Positions 39,936 to 53,156 of a DNA stretch of 64,000 nucleotides are shown in pieces (within the stretch, counting starts at the first letter, position 1; every line of letters starts with the position of its first letter). The DNA is taken from the NCBI RefSeq assembly GCF_006345805.1, contig NC_042997.1, forward strand, positions 147,684,001 to 147,748,000, in the 5' to 3' direction. The position numbers and the translations under genes are program-made. This DNA is from Octopus sinensis. Taxonomy: Eukaryota. A model generated the notes under the pieces. It had not been told where the DNA came from and did no database searches. It saw only the letters and a program-made list of their open reading frames with translations.

Positions 39936-40564
39936 GTTAATAGAAGATGGATTTTCTCAACTCCTCAAGTAACTTACAATTAGCGACGTTATCCTGATGT
40001 AGGATTATATTTAATATTATTTAATATGATCTGTGTAAAAACCTTATATTGTGCTTTCCAAGGCTTTTCTTAGAGTATCGGCTACCCAATGCTATCATGC
40101 AGTGGTACTTCTTCGGATAACCTGATATACATGTAGAAATCCGGAAAAAGTTACTTATCTCCACATATATACACCAGTAACAGTCGTATTGTATACTAGC
40201 CTTTGGCAGCCAATAACGAGGGGGATCTTTGAAAAGCACATTATAAGGTTTTTAACCAGATCACATAGACAAACGCGCACACACATACACACCCGCATGT
40301 GTGTGTGTGTAAAATAAAAGCAAAATTCAGTTGAATTAGGCACTTAAGTTCAGACACCTCGTTAGGTCGGAATAATATACACACACAACAATTTTATTTA
40401 AATATCAACTTTGGAACAGAAGTCCCGGCAGAATTTCATCCCTGTTGTGCATGCAGACAATTTGACCCAGCTGAGTATATAATCCGATCTTGAACAGTAC
40501 AGACATGTACATTTTATTAAATACTTCAGAATTAGCGAAGAGCATGTTCCGACATAGGTGAATA

Positions 40565-40935
40565 AAAGCAGGAGTGTTTCAGTGGTAATAAGCTTGCTTC
40601 CCAACCACATGGTTCCGGGTTCATTCCCACTGCCTGGCATCTTCGGCCAGTGTTTCATTTTTTACTATAGCCTCGAGCCGACCATTGAGTGCATTTGGTT
40701 GACGGAAACTGAAAGAAGCCCGTCGTATTTATATATGTATATATATATTTATGTGTGTGTGTCTCTGTGTCTGTCCCCCGCATCACCGCTTGAAAACCGG
40801 TGTTGGTGCGTTTACGTCCCCGTAAACTAGCGGTTCGGCAAATGTGACCGACAGATAAATACTAGGTTTAAAATATAAGTACTGGGGTCGATTCATTCTT
40901 CTAAAACCTCAAGGCTGAAACAAGTCAAAGATAAA
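40565..40935 (+). mobile_element. SINE-A, followed by (TATC)n at 40943-41009
   Basis: Head, short internal microsatellite and right half present. Confidence 0.9.
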
Positions 40936-40943
40936 ACATGAGA

Positions 40944-41010
<67 letters not shown>

Positions 41011-41224
41011 ATTCATTTGAATTTTGCCACAAGGCCAGAATTTTGAGAGGAGGTGGAAAGCCGATCATGTCCACTCCAGTGCTCGGATGATACTTTATTT
41101 CATCGGCCATGAAACGATTAATTGCAATGCAGATCTCGTCGGTATTTTAATTGAAGATGTAATGAGAGAGAAGAAATACAGCTAAGTAGTTTCTCCGACG
41201 CTCTAAAGTTTCTCTGAGCCCGCC

Positions 41225-41515
41225 TTATATACCGTATAGAGCGTCGGGATCACAAACATGAGGTAGTGAATTCAATTCCCGGAGAGGGCTGTGCGTTGCG
41301 CTCATGGGCAAGACGCTGTATTTCACGTTGCTCCAGTTCACTCAGCTGTAGAAACGAGTTGCGATGTCACTGCTGCCAAGCTGTATCAGCCTTTACCTTC
41401 CCTTGGATAACATCGGTGGTCTTCCATAATAAAACTTGCCCGGGTTTTGCCTAAGAGGGTAACTTTCTATGTGCAATCTCATATTCATCCATGATCGAAG
41501 GAGGTCTTTACTCGT

Positions 41516-41520
<5 letters not shown>
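41225..41520 (+). mobile_element. SINE-D with (AAT)n tail (41520-41583)
   Basis: gggcaagacgctgtatttcacgttgctccagttcactcagctgtagaaac matches the minus copy at 8828-9156. Confidence 0.82.
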
Positions 41521-41583
<63 letters not shown>

Positions 41584-41640
41584 GGGAGTATAACTCCAAG
41601 CTTACAGGGAAAAATTCAATTTAGTATTAAATCAAGTTTT

Positions 41641-41675
<35 letters not shown>

Positions 41676-42637
41676 TTGAGAAAAACCACTATCATTATTT
41701 GAATTACATAATAGTGGTATATATAGTGTGTGTGTGTGTGTTTGTGTGTTGTGTGTGTGTGTGTTTGTGTGTGAGAGTTAAGGGGTGTTGATGTAGGTAC
41801 GAGTGCATCTTTAAGATCGTTCTAGTCATACAAACACACACACGCACATATCTCTGTGTGTATGTTTGTGTGTATGTGAATATGTGAAATTTTACTTCAC
41901 GCATTTATTGTCTGCTTGCATAAATGGAGAGCAACATATATAGCGGAACTTGTGGATTTTACATAAGATTGTTAACGATTTGACCGACGGAGAAAATTTA
42001 TTAGAGTATTTAATATTATCATTCTCCCTTCTGAGTTCTAATCCATCTGAAGTCCGATTTTCTATCTTATATAAAAAAAAAAAATACTACAGGATAAGAT
42101 ATCTATATTCCTTGGAAATTTGTAATGGCCTGCGTTGCCAATAAATAAAGCAATACATAATGGAAGAAAGAACGAAAGAATTAAAGCAAGAAAGAAAGAA
42201 AATAAGGAAGAAATAGGGGGAATATAAGAAAAGAAGCGTATAAAAAAGTCACTAAGATCCTGTGCCATTGGGCTAGAGGATTTTTTGATATTACTGACGT
42301 TTGATGTGAAGTCAATAGATATATCTGATATTTCTTTTGAATCTGTGAATAAGAGCGCCATAGCACGCAAACCTATCTCACATTACAAAATTCATTTACT
42401 TTTTTTTATGCCCAAAGGTGCTCCTTTTCTTCTTTTTTACTGACTTCAGTAATTGGACAACTGCCATGCTACTCCTTCAAAGATTTTTTTAGTCAATTAT
42501 ATCGACCCCAGAACTTATCTCAATCTCGTACTCACTGTTTCGAAATTTAGTTAGATAATAACTACTACATAAATTTACAAGGGGCCGTTAAAGAGACCTA
42601 ACTCGACATATTACTTTTCCTTGTCATGCCATATATA

Positions 42638-42709
<72 letters not shown>

Positions 42710-43805
42710 TTATACACTTTCATATATATCACACTGTTGGATTGAACCTGAAACTGCATACGTGGTTGTGAAACGAATTTCTTTTTGCGCAGAGGCACGT
42801 GTGCCCCTATTAAGAATCTCATTTTCACTTTAACATTCTCATTAATGTTGTTTAATTTGATTTCAAATTTACATATTTTTTCTGTCACGTATTTAATATA
42901 TATATTTTCCTTTTTTTTTCTACCGCTGATATAATTCGTACATTTTCAACATTTTCTACTAGTGTTGTAATTTTCATATTTTCTCTTTTCCACGAGCTAT
43001 GTAATTTATAAATGTTGAATTATTGACATGTAATAAACGCGTTACTTTTAAATTCATTTTTCAATATTTTTGCAAAAGCAATTAGTAAGCAACATAAATA
43101 TCACAACTCACTTTAAGCCCTGTATTGCAGCAATTTATATTAAAGTGCTCTGCTAGTGCCCTTTGGAAAGTCAGAAACAAAAGAATATCTTTTGTAATAT
43201 AAAATTTTAAAATGTTCGTGAATATCATTAAATCCTTTTTTTGCGAAAACTTTGCTGAAATGTAAATTAATCTTTAACTGAAACCTGATGTATTTAGATT
43301 ATAGAGATTTTAGTTTTATATTAGAATCGCATCTTATCATTTTACACCTGTAAAATAATCACTAAGAATATTAGTAGCAGTTAAATGAAATCTAAGTTAT
43401 ACATACTCTAATCTTATTTTTGCGTAAAAATGGGCCAAACATTGAAATCTCTATAATTCTCGGATTGGGAAAGATTGTTGAAACACAAGATCACTATCAT
43501 TATTGTCTAAGTTTCAGGCTGCCGATGTAAAAAACTAAATCAGGCACGAAAAGATTAATTTAAATGTAAAAGAGAAAAGAGCTACACCAAGAATTAGGTT
43601 TTCAGGTAACAGATAATATAAAATCATGGAGGAATTATAAAGTAATCTTATTTTCATGAAAAGTAGAATGAGATTTAAATAAACATGAAGCTAAAACAAA
43701 ACTAAATAGGTCTGAAATTAACACTAAAAACAGCCTAGTCTCAACAGTGTGTTGGTTAAACCGATTAAAATAGACAAAGAAATAACAGGACTTGGGATTA
43801 AAATG

Positions 43806-43867
<62 letters not shown>

Positions 43868-44271
43868 TAATAATAATAATAAGGATAGGATAGCAACGTA
43901 CATTTCTGGGCTTTAGACAATTGTGCTTGGTTAAGAATTGAGATACAAGAATATTCTTAGATTCTAGAGATTAATTTTATTCAAAAGTTGAATTCTCTGT
44001 TGTATCGTTACAAATGTGTATCTTTATAACGAAGCGGGAAGATATTAGAAACGTCGAATTGCAGTCAGTCAAAGAAAATCTATGATCAGAAAATACATTT
44101 TTTATATATTTGTGGTGAAGGGAAATATGTCATATACTCATAAGCAAGTATATATATTTATATACCTGTGTATGTATGTGTGTGAGAGAGAGCGTCTATG
44201 TATATCTATATGCTTATATATAATAATATAGAAAATAAAATATAATAATATAATAATAAAATATTATGTTT

Positions 44272-44680
44272 AGGTACAGGTATGGCTGTATGGTAAGAAG
44301 TTTGCTTCCCAACCACATGGTTCCGGGTTCAGTCCCACTGCGTGGCACCTTGGGCAAGTGTCTTCTACTATAGCCTCGGACCGACCTAAGCCTTGTGAGT
44401 GAATTTGGTAGACGGAACCTGAAAGAAGCGTATGTATATATACGTGTATGTGTCGGTGTTTCTCCCCCTAGCATCACTTGACAACACATGTTGGTGTCTT
44501 TACGTCACTGTAACTTAGCGGTTGGGCAAAAGAAACCGATAGAATAAGTACTAAGCTTACAAAGAATAAGTCCTGGAGTCGATTTGTCCGACTAAAGGCG
44601 GTATTCCACCATCGCTGCAGTTAAATGACTGGTACAACTCAAAGAATGAAAGAAGAAAAGAATAAAAGAATAAAAGAATA
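44272..44680 (+). mobile_element. SINE-A, full length
   Basis: Head through aaaagaataaaagaataaaaga tail. Confidence 0.92.
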
Positions 44681-45335
44681 TATATATATAAATTTTTTAA
44701 ATCAGAATATGAAGAAAACTTTAGATCAACAAACAGACAAATTGGCCCAAAGCATGACGACATTTCAGTGACATAACACTTCTTACGGCCATTTCCGCTT
44801 CCAATGTCTGTCGGTGCCTACAAAAGAATTAAGAAAATAATATTCGACATCTCATAGGATATTCGAACTAGTAGATGATGTCTTATCAGAGTGCATATAA
44901 AAGCGTCAAATAAAATGAAGGGAAGCGGGAATAGGAAATAACATGACCTCGAGAAGAAGCCAGGAGGCTCAATATATTAAAATCATACCATCTTCCAGTG
45001 TAGGACTTCGAAATCGATAGGCAAAAGAGTGATCAAGCAGTGGTCTAGGGAAATATTTACGGTTATTTCTATATAAAGCGGGGAACCAGGATGTTTGAAT
45101 AGTTGTGGAATGAAGTTGGCACTAAGACTCAGAAACTAGTCTCTGGATGCAGGCTTAGCTGGGTGGAGATGCTTATCTACCCCTTGTAAACCTAAAGACA
45201 CAGGAAATGTGTCAAGGGGAAGCGTTGCTGCTTCCTAGGGCTAAATAGCAGAGGTGTGATTCCCTTCATGAGACTGTCAAATTAAGTTGACAGTATACGA
45301 CTACCTCCTCTCTCTCTCTCTTTCTCTCTCTCTCT

Positions 45336-45395
<60 letters not shown>

Positions 45396-46399
45396 TACAT
45401 ACATATATATGTATACATACACATATATATGCATATACATACATATATACATACATACACACACATATATATATAATGTGTGTTCGTGTGTGTGAATGTC
45501 TGTGCCTGCCTGGGTATCCATGTATATGTTTGTTGCTTGTGTCTGATATTTGTAAGAGCTATAGTTATCTATGTTATACCAACGGAAAGCTACCTTGCAA
45601 AATGTCTATCGTGTAATTCGTGAATGCCGTGTGCTTATCACACCTAAATGCACTGCACATACTACTGTAGTGTTAATTCTTTACTGCTGGTATACAGTTG
45701 AGATTTCATTTACTAAAAATTAGAATTAACTGATTTAGAAACTGCGTAAGCATTAAAACAACCCATACAGAACTGACTATCAACCAGAAAGATATGCATA
45801 GCAGTTTTATACACTTAGCATTAAATTTTTACTTCTATATCTTTTTCTGCTTATCTATTATAGCTGTTATTTCCTCTACTAAATTCAAACTTTGAGCTTT
45901 ATCATTTGCCTAGCAAGAATCATATGTAATAGAATGTATCATAGCTGATAATGAAGGGATTGTATTAGAGTATAGAAAAACCATCGACAATTATAGACGG
46001 GAGTAGGGTTGTGTAGTTACAAGTTTTGTTTAGTAACGCTGTTTCTACGTGTTCAGCTTCATTACGCGGTATCTTGGATAAGTGGCTTCTGTTTTGTGAG
46101 CGAAATTAGTTGAGGGAAACTCGGTGTTAACACATCGTATACATGCTTAGTACACTTACCCCCACGAACACACACACACACACATACACATACACGCACA
46201 CACACATACACATACACACACACACACATATGAGCAAGTGCTTTGGCTAAATGCGATCAATAATATTCATTTCAAGATTGCAGAATTCTTAGGCTATTTC
46301 GGCTAAACTAAAAATTTCACTTACATATTTAGGTAGGCAAGTGTTAAAATTTGTCGAGAGAAAAATTTAAATTCTCTCGACTAGTGCAAAAACGATACA

Positions 46400-46990
46400 A
46401 AGTTTCTTTGTATGTCAGTAACTAATTTTACATTTTCCTCATTTTATATTCTACCCCCGAAAATATATCCACTAACACTTCTTATACACCAAAACAACCA
46501 AAATCCACAAATGAATGCATTTAATTACTTTTACTGCGTCTAAAATACATCTACATTTGAAATGTTACACGCCATCCGCATACCAGGATATAACTAGTAT
46601 TTCTAACAAATTGAATTAGCGTTCAGGAGCGGAGGAAACCAACGAAACTTTTAAGCAATATTTAAACAACGTTATCGTAAAAAATATACTTTATACTCTG
46701 CATATAGGTATCGACTGATTTCTCTGTTTCGGTTTGTAATGCACATTTTGGTTGTAATTAAATAGATTTATATATAACGTGGAGTAGATGAAATTAAGGC
46801 GACTGAAGAAGGGTAATTTTCCTTGTTTTGTATGTCCTGTACTCTATTTTTTCGTTGTTTTAAAAAAAATGTCCATTTCCTTGGTTTTGTGTTTATGTTT
46901 TCGTTTCTCATTGTGTTCGACGTTTTTTTTTTCTTTGTGTCCTGTACCCATATATGCATGTATATATACATGTAGAGGTAGGTACGTACA
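46400..46990 (+). mobile_element. Possible Penelope-like 3' remnant and terminal repeat
   Basis: FYIF...ENIST...NPQMN-like peptide remnants and a ctgaagaagggtaattttcc motif; weak. Confidence 0.25.
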
Positions 46991-47037
46991 TATATGTATG
47001 TATATATGCATATGTTTTATTTATTTATTAATTTATG

Positions 47038-47070
<33 letters not shown>

Positions 47071-47139
47071 ATGTATATATATATATATATATATATATAC
47101 ATACATACATACATACATACATACATACATACATACATA

Positions 47140-47353
47140 GAGGGTGTCCACAAAAAAAGCCCCGAGCTGCGTTGCAGTGCGGTGGCAGCCATCTTGCATT
47201 TCCATGCGTTCATGGCAAAGATGGTAAGTCACTTTAAAAGAAAAGAAAATACTATTGTTTGTGAATCTGTCGACACAATATTAATTAAGATATTGGAATA
47301 ACTTTAAAAAAAATCATAGCATCTTGAAATCAGGGAATGTTTTTGTGGGCACC

Positions 47354-47356
<3 letters not shown>
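47140..47356. mobile_element. 217-bp Tc1/mariner-type MITE
   Basis: TA|gagggtgtccacaaaaa ... tttttgtgggcaccctg|TA: 17-bp TIRs with 2 mismatches, CAGGGTG-type end, TA flanks inside microsatellite. Confidence 0.85.
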
Positions 47357-47426
<70 letters not shown>

Positions 47427-47457
47427 TGTGTGTGTGTATGTGTGTGTGTACGCATAC

Positions 47458-47546
<89 letters not shown>

Positions 47547-47609
47547 CAGTAAAGTTTATTTGCCAATGTCAAGCGGCAGTCCTAATTAGGATGAATGTTA
47601 CTGCTATTT

Positions 47610-47732
47610 AGTCAGGTCTCAGCTTGATCCATGTACCAATGTCAATGATCTGAGGACGTCGAGGAAACATGCTTGCTTCCATTTCGCGCTCAGACCACGC
47701 ACATTCAAACAGCCACGGTTAAGTGCAGCCAT
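47610..47732 (-). pseudogene. ORF2 N-terminus (APE endonuclease start), truncated
   Basis: MAALNRGCLNVRGLSAKWKQACFLDVLRS contains the L-N-V-R-G-L motif at the start of L1/Tx1 APE domains. Confidence 0.85.
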
Positions 47733-47760
47733 TAAATACAATGGGAAAAAAGCAAGGGTT

Positions 47761-49042
47761 CTACTTACCCTTAACTGTTGATGTTGGGGTTGACCTCAAC
47801 ACACGTGAGGCAGCCTCTTCCTTCTCTTCCTTCTTCAAGTACCAGGGCAGCGCTATAATCTTCCTCGTGTTCTTCGGATGCCTCTCCTTCAGCTGTCTAT
47901 ATAGGGATTCCCCAATCCAGTCACACCTCTCGTCCATACCCCCATGTTGTGGGTATATTTTAGTCATATGATGGTTTTTGATTACTTCATTCATGTAAAT
48001 GTCTTTAGTATTGTATTCTACCAAAATTTTATCGTCTTTTCCTTTTCCTGGGACGATGGGTTGGGGTCTTTTTTCGTTATTTGTGGTGAAATGCTGCTTT
48101 TTCTTGTGCGGGATGTGGGTGGGAAAGGTGCATATGTTCGTTTCCGAACTGACGTGAACTCCCCCTCAGCCACCTCCATGGTGTTTTCTGGGGGAGTTTT
48201 GTTTTTTCTACAACAGGTGCCTCAGATTTTAGGGGTGGGTGGGTAATTTTTTTTGTAGGGACTTGTGTGTGCAGCGGTTGGGTCTTTTCGTTGTTTTGTT
48301 TGAGGGTCGGCACCGCAGTGGAGGGGGTCGGAGTCTTTGTGGGGGCTGGTGTTTGTGTGGGGGCATGGGGCTATTTTTCCTCTCTCTCTCACTTTTCTTT
48401 CCTTCGCAGTCAAACCGAATGTGGCCCTTCTTTCGGCACTCATATGAGGTGGGGTTTTTTCCTTCCACCTGAATTCAGAGGACCACATTCTCACCCACGA
48501 GTAATCTATCTGGAAGCATTCTGTATCCTCCGGTGCCGCCTGAATTATGGCTGAAATGCTTTATCCCAGCCAGTTCTGGGGAGCAGAGCATGTTATCTGC
48601 AAAAATTAAGTTTTGTCCTGTTAAACAAGGGCGGGGGTCCATCACTCTACGTTGGTCGATATCTGGTGGCACTTCTGTCACCTTTACACGGGAAGTGCGC
48701 CTCCTCATGTAGTTTGGAAGAAGCACCATCGCCTTTGTTTTCAGGGGGATCACAGAGTGCCTCTTCGGTTGCGAACCTGATTTCAATTGTCGCATATGCC
48801 TTTCCCCTCACGATGTATGCAATGTCCTTCCACATAGGGGCCAAGCATTTCTCTATTTTGTCTTTTTCAAAATGTTTAAAGCCTTTCTTCTATGGACAGT
48901 GATATTTAAATATTAATGTTTTCTTTTTTGTCCCTGTGGCGTTGGAGGTGGGTGGTATCATAATATCACTGTTCTCCTCCTTCATTCTTCCGAAATATTC
49001 TTCCAGTTTTTCAACTGGAATTTCTATGGTTTCAGTTGCCAC
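47761..49042 (-). pseudogene. Tx1-type ORF1 (gag-like nucleic-acid-binding protein), frameshifted
   Basis: ...LLPNYMRRRTSRVKVTEVPPDID... then VEGKNPTSYECRKKGHIRFDC, a CxxCxxxGHxxxxC knuckle with the first C lost, followed by a P/K/T-rich low-complexity tail. Confidence 0.82.
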
Positions 49043-49515
49043 TCAGCAACAGGCAAAAAAGTTTTTGCAGTGCTGGCACCACCGCCAACATGGACACCAC
49101 TCTCTTCGAGAGCGCATTTTTCTTTAACAATTTCGACTTTAATAATTTTCGACTGACACACTTGGTCGAAATTAATTCAATAAAGACAAATATATCGCTG
49201 CCACTTAAAGGAGTAAGCCTATAATAAATGTTCCTGTAATAGAAGATAATAGTTTCAATCCTACCCTCGCAAGGAGTGGGGTAGAAAAACTAAGTCTAAA
49301 ACGACTTAAAACAGTTCACATTTTTACACAAAATTCAAAATCCAATGCCACAATGGCTGCAGAAATATGTTAAACAGTTCCTATTTCCCGGTATACCGGG
49401 GAATAGTAAAAACAAATACGGCTCAACAAATACAACGCTAATAATCCCCCAAAATATTAATCCAACAATAGCAAAACGCTTACCAGCACAAATAACACAA
49501 CCACGTCGTATGACC

Positions 49516-49552
49516 GGAAGCAAGCTTCTTACCACACAGCCACGCCTGCATC
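49516..49552 (-). mobile_element. 37-nt SINE-A head stub fused to the LINE 5' end
   Basis: Reverse complement gatgcaggcgtggctgtgtggtaagaagcttgcttcc, then LINE 5'UTR. Confidence 0.85.
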
Positions 49553-49722
49553 TATGCCACACAACCACGCAGTGTATTTGCGTGTATGTCTATTATACAT
49601 ATGTGTGTGTATGTGTATTAATGTGTGCATGCATGTCTGTGTATGAAATTTACTTCAAGCGCTGCGCACCTGCGTTCACGTATTTACGTAGCCATCATGC
49701 ATGTATATATATATATATATAT

Positions 49723-50028
49723 GGAGGCGCAATAGCCCAGTGGTTAGGGCAGCGGACTCGCGGTCGTAGGATCGCAGTTTCGATTCCTAGATCGGGCGTT
49801 GTGAGTGTTTATTGAGCGAAAACACCTAAAGCTCCACGATGCTCCGGCAGGGGATGGTGGCGAATTCTGCTGTACTCTTTCGCCACAACTTTCTCTCACT
49901 CTTTCCTCTGTTGGCCTGCTCGCTTAGCCAGCGGGGTGGCGTCATTTAAAGGCTAAAACAATGCGAAGCGCATTGTGACCAACGATGTGTATTAACATCT
50001 GATAGCCTGGTCGGTCACGGTGATCACG

Positions 50029-50032
<4 letters not shown>
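49723..50032 (+). mobile_element. SINE-C with tail type 2, flanked by (TA)n on both sides
   Basis: A box tagcccagtggtt and B box gtttcgattcc; from memory resembles the tRNA-Arg-related Octopus OR-type SINEs (unverified). Confidence 0.9.
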
Positions 50033-50071
<39 letters not shown>

Positions 50072-51126
50072 TGCTATTAAGTTAGACATGGCCTGGACCA
50101 ATCTCTGGTCGAAACATATCTAAGTTTTATCTAAGTTTTATATATATATATATATATATGTATATACATCACACCAAAAGTAAACTGCCTGAACGCATGC
50201 ACACACACACACACACACACATGCATACATACGCGCGCGCATTTATAACTGTTTATCCTTGGTATGTATTTAAAAAAAAAATAACAAGGGGTAAGAAAAT
50301 TAAAATACGTTCTGTATCTTCAAAGCGTTTAAATAATTGTACTGTTTAAATTATTAATTCTAATTAGCGTCACCGGACTTTTCTTGTTTTTTTCCTTGAT
50401 GAAAATTGCTACTTTTTTTGGTACCGCTGCTGTACCAGTAGCTTAAGATTTTTTGTTTTTTATTTGTTTTAAATTTTGTTTATGTATTTTGCTGTTTATC
50501 ACTTTGCCGAGAGTGCTTTGTTATCACGTTGGTTGCTATCCTTATGTCCTATATCATGGATATTATTAAAATTGAATACCTTCTCTCAGTATAGTTTTTG
50601 CTATATTCTTGTAAACATTCGTGCGGCTTTTTGATTTTGCTTTTCGAGTTACTTTATTAAATTTCGAGAGTATATTATTTTTATTATTTTTTTACCTCCC
50701 GATTGCGGAAAGTCCTGATTGAGAAAATCCGTTGATTTATAGCATGCAAGCAATAGACTGTCAAATGTCTTCCCTAATCAGTTTGCATAGTATTATGCAA
50801 TAATTACTTCTTTTGAAATATGGAGGCTATGGAGTAGATAACATTTGGAGGCTAGGCTTTCTACGAGGCTTAAGTTACCTGCTCCTGAGAATGTTGTGTT
50901 TCTTTACCGTCAAGTCAAACCTGAGAGAGCAGACGTCACATTAGATTTATTGCAGTTGTGACCATACCATCTTCTGTTTCTGCCACAATATAAACCACAT
51001 AACACTTTTAATATATCCTAGTATTTGCTTTACAGACGGGTTTCTACACGGCTAGCCAACCTGTCATTTGGAGCAAAACAGTTCACCCTGTAGAAACAGT
51101 ATTGTTAGCTTGAGGCTTTAGAAACC

Positions 51127-51215
<89 letters not shown>

Positions 51216-53063
51216 TATATGTATATATATATACATATGTGTGTATGTATTTATAGTGATATACGTATTCATATACTATACACACTATGCCCTGAATTTG
51301 GAATATATAGTACTGAAATGTTGGGTTTATTCTATTCATCAATAAAACATTGAACGGCAAATGTAGAAGGAACGGAAATCCATTTGAAGGCACCTGTAGT
51401 CTAGTTTGAGGGAACGAAATTACCTTAAAAACATTAACCGGACCCGAATGCTTGCATCAGAGTGCACACAAGACCCAAGAAATGGATTGGTACAATGTTT
51501 CGAATGGGATTTCACACTAACTTTGTTTACAAAATTTAATTCATAAGGCATTGCTCATGAAACTTTCGTTGGGTGCAGCGCAATGAAATCAGACTAGAAA
51601 CCACCCAATCCTGAAACGAAATTCTCAAACAACCTAGCCATCTCTTCATCCTATGCATTTCTCTCTTTATGCACCATATCTACACACATTAGCAATCCTG
51701 AACATCCTTAGCAAAATCAGAAGATTCAAGCTTTTCTAGAGAAAGATATAACAATAGTTTGGTGCCTCATTGTTTCATTATGGCATGTTTATTGTGCTAG
51801 ACTCATGTTCTCGTGAGCTTACCCTTGTGACACTGGATCTATGTAACCTTTTGGCTGGGTATGTCTACTCATCGGTGGGTCTGTTTGACATATTCTAGAG
51901 GCGAGCTTCTTTCTATTCCCCTATGCCTTGGTCATCAAATCTTCAACTAATTGAGCCCATATTGGGGTCCTTGAAAAGTGCTACTTCTCGTGCCCAGAAC
52001 AGGCCTAGAAGTTGTGAGGACGGAGGAGTAACTATTACTTTCACAAACGCTTAACCTATCTAACTCAAGCCTCAGCAACGGATGCAGATTAATGTTTTGT
52101 AAGAACAAATGCGTTAATTTGTCGAATTTCGAAAAAATAGCACACAATATCTGTGTTAAGACACCTTTAAACAATTATCCTCTATTAACAACGGCCTGTC
52201 TGGATGGATTACTTTGCCATAACCTTGGGCAAATTAGAGGACTACTATGGACGACTAAATACTAAGAATTTCCCCTCCCCCACCTTATAGTCATCATCAT
52301 TACCATCATCATCATCGTCGTCGTCGTCGTCGTCGATCATCGTCGTTTTTGTCGTAGCCGTCGTTGTTGTCGTCGTCTTCATCGCCGTCACTATCATCAT
52401 TACCAACATTGATATACATACCTGAACCAAGTTTAGTGAGCATATTTTGCGTATATCATAGGCACAGCTCTGTTATATTTCTGTTTGAATAGAAGTAAAA
52501 AACATTCATTTAGAATAGATAATAAATATTAATCCTTTAAATTTACTCAGAGGTTTGTTTTGCTCTGTGGTATATTCTGTTGCGATCACATCCCTCTGTG
52601 TATCTGCAGCACTTCAAAAGTAGCTTCTTCTCATTCGCTTCTCTTTTCCTTCATATACCTTCTCTCCGTATGTCATTAAGAATTAATATATTCCTATTTC
52701 TGTATTTTTGTTTTTACTTGGAATTCAATGTTTTGTAGATTAAAATAAATATGTTTTCCTTTCGAAAATTTAATGTTACATTTTATTGATATTCAGTTGA
52801 TTTTTCACATTGAATTTATCTGACAAATATTTATATTCTTTGCTTTTAGATTGTTATAGCTAAATTTATATTTATATTGTGGCAGACATTACTGATGTAT
52901 TTCAGCTATAGCTGTTATTACGTTCAATACACATTATTATTATAATTTTTTTTTTAAAGATGTTATATTTTCCCTGTCTTTGAAATGACTTTCTACTGCT
53001 TCACGAGAAGATCCTTCCTGAATGTCGATTCTTTCCCTTATATAATTTGCTGCAGTTAATCTC

Positions 53064-53121
53064 CATGTCATTTCTGGTAAGCATGTCATTTCTGGTTAGC
53101 ATGTCATTTCTGGTAAACATG
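53064..53121. repeat. 18-bp tandem repeat x3.2 (catgtcatttctggtaag)
   Basis: Direct reading. Confidence 0.95.
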
Positions 53122-53156
53122 GTATCATACTGAATTTAATATTTTGAACGTAATTA

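Larger units (their letters stand above)
47600..49515 (-). mobile_element. L1/Tx1-clade LINE 5' half: 5'UTR, disrupted ORF1, first codons of ORF2; 3' part missing
   Basis: See the ORF1 and ORF2 entries; ORF1 stop at 47761-47763 is followed 28 nt later by the ORF2 ATG. Confidence 0.88.

Noticed and set aside
42250-42370. Penelope RT motif (LLTFDVKSI)
   Set aside because: Isolated partial match; following residues do not fit SLYTNI.
49723-49800. tRNA gene (also other heads with A/B boxes)
   Set aside because: Heads continue into SINE bodies and tails and do not form a complete cloverleaf.
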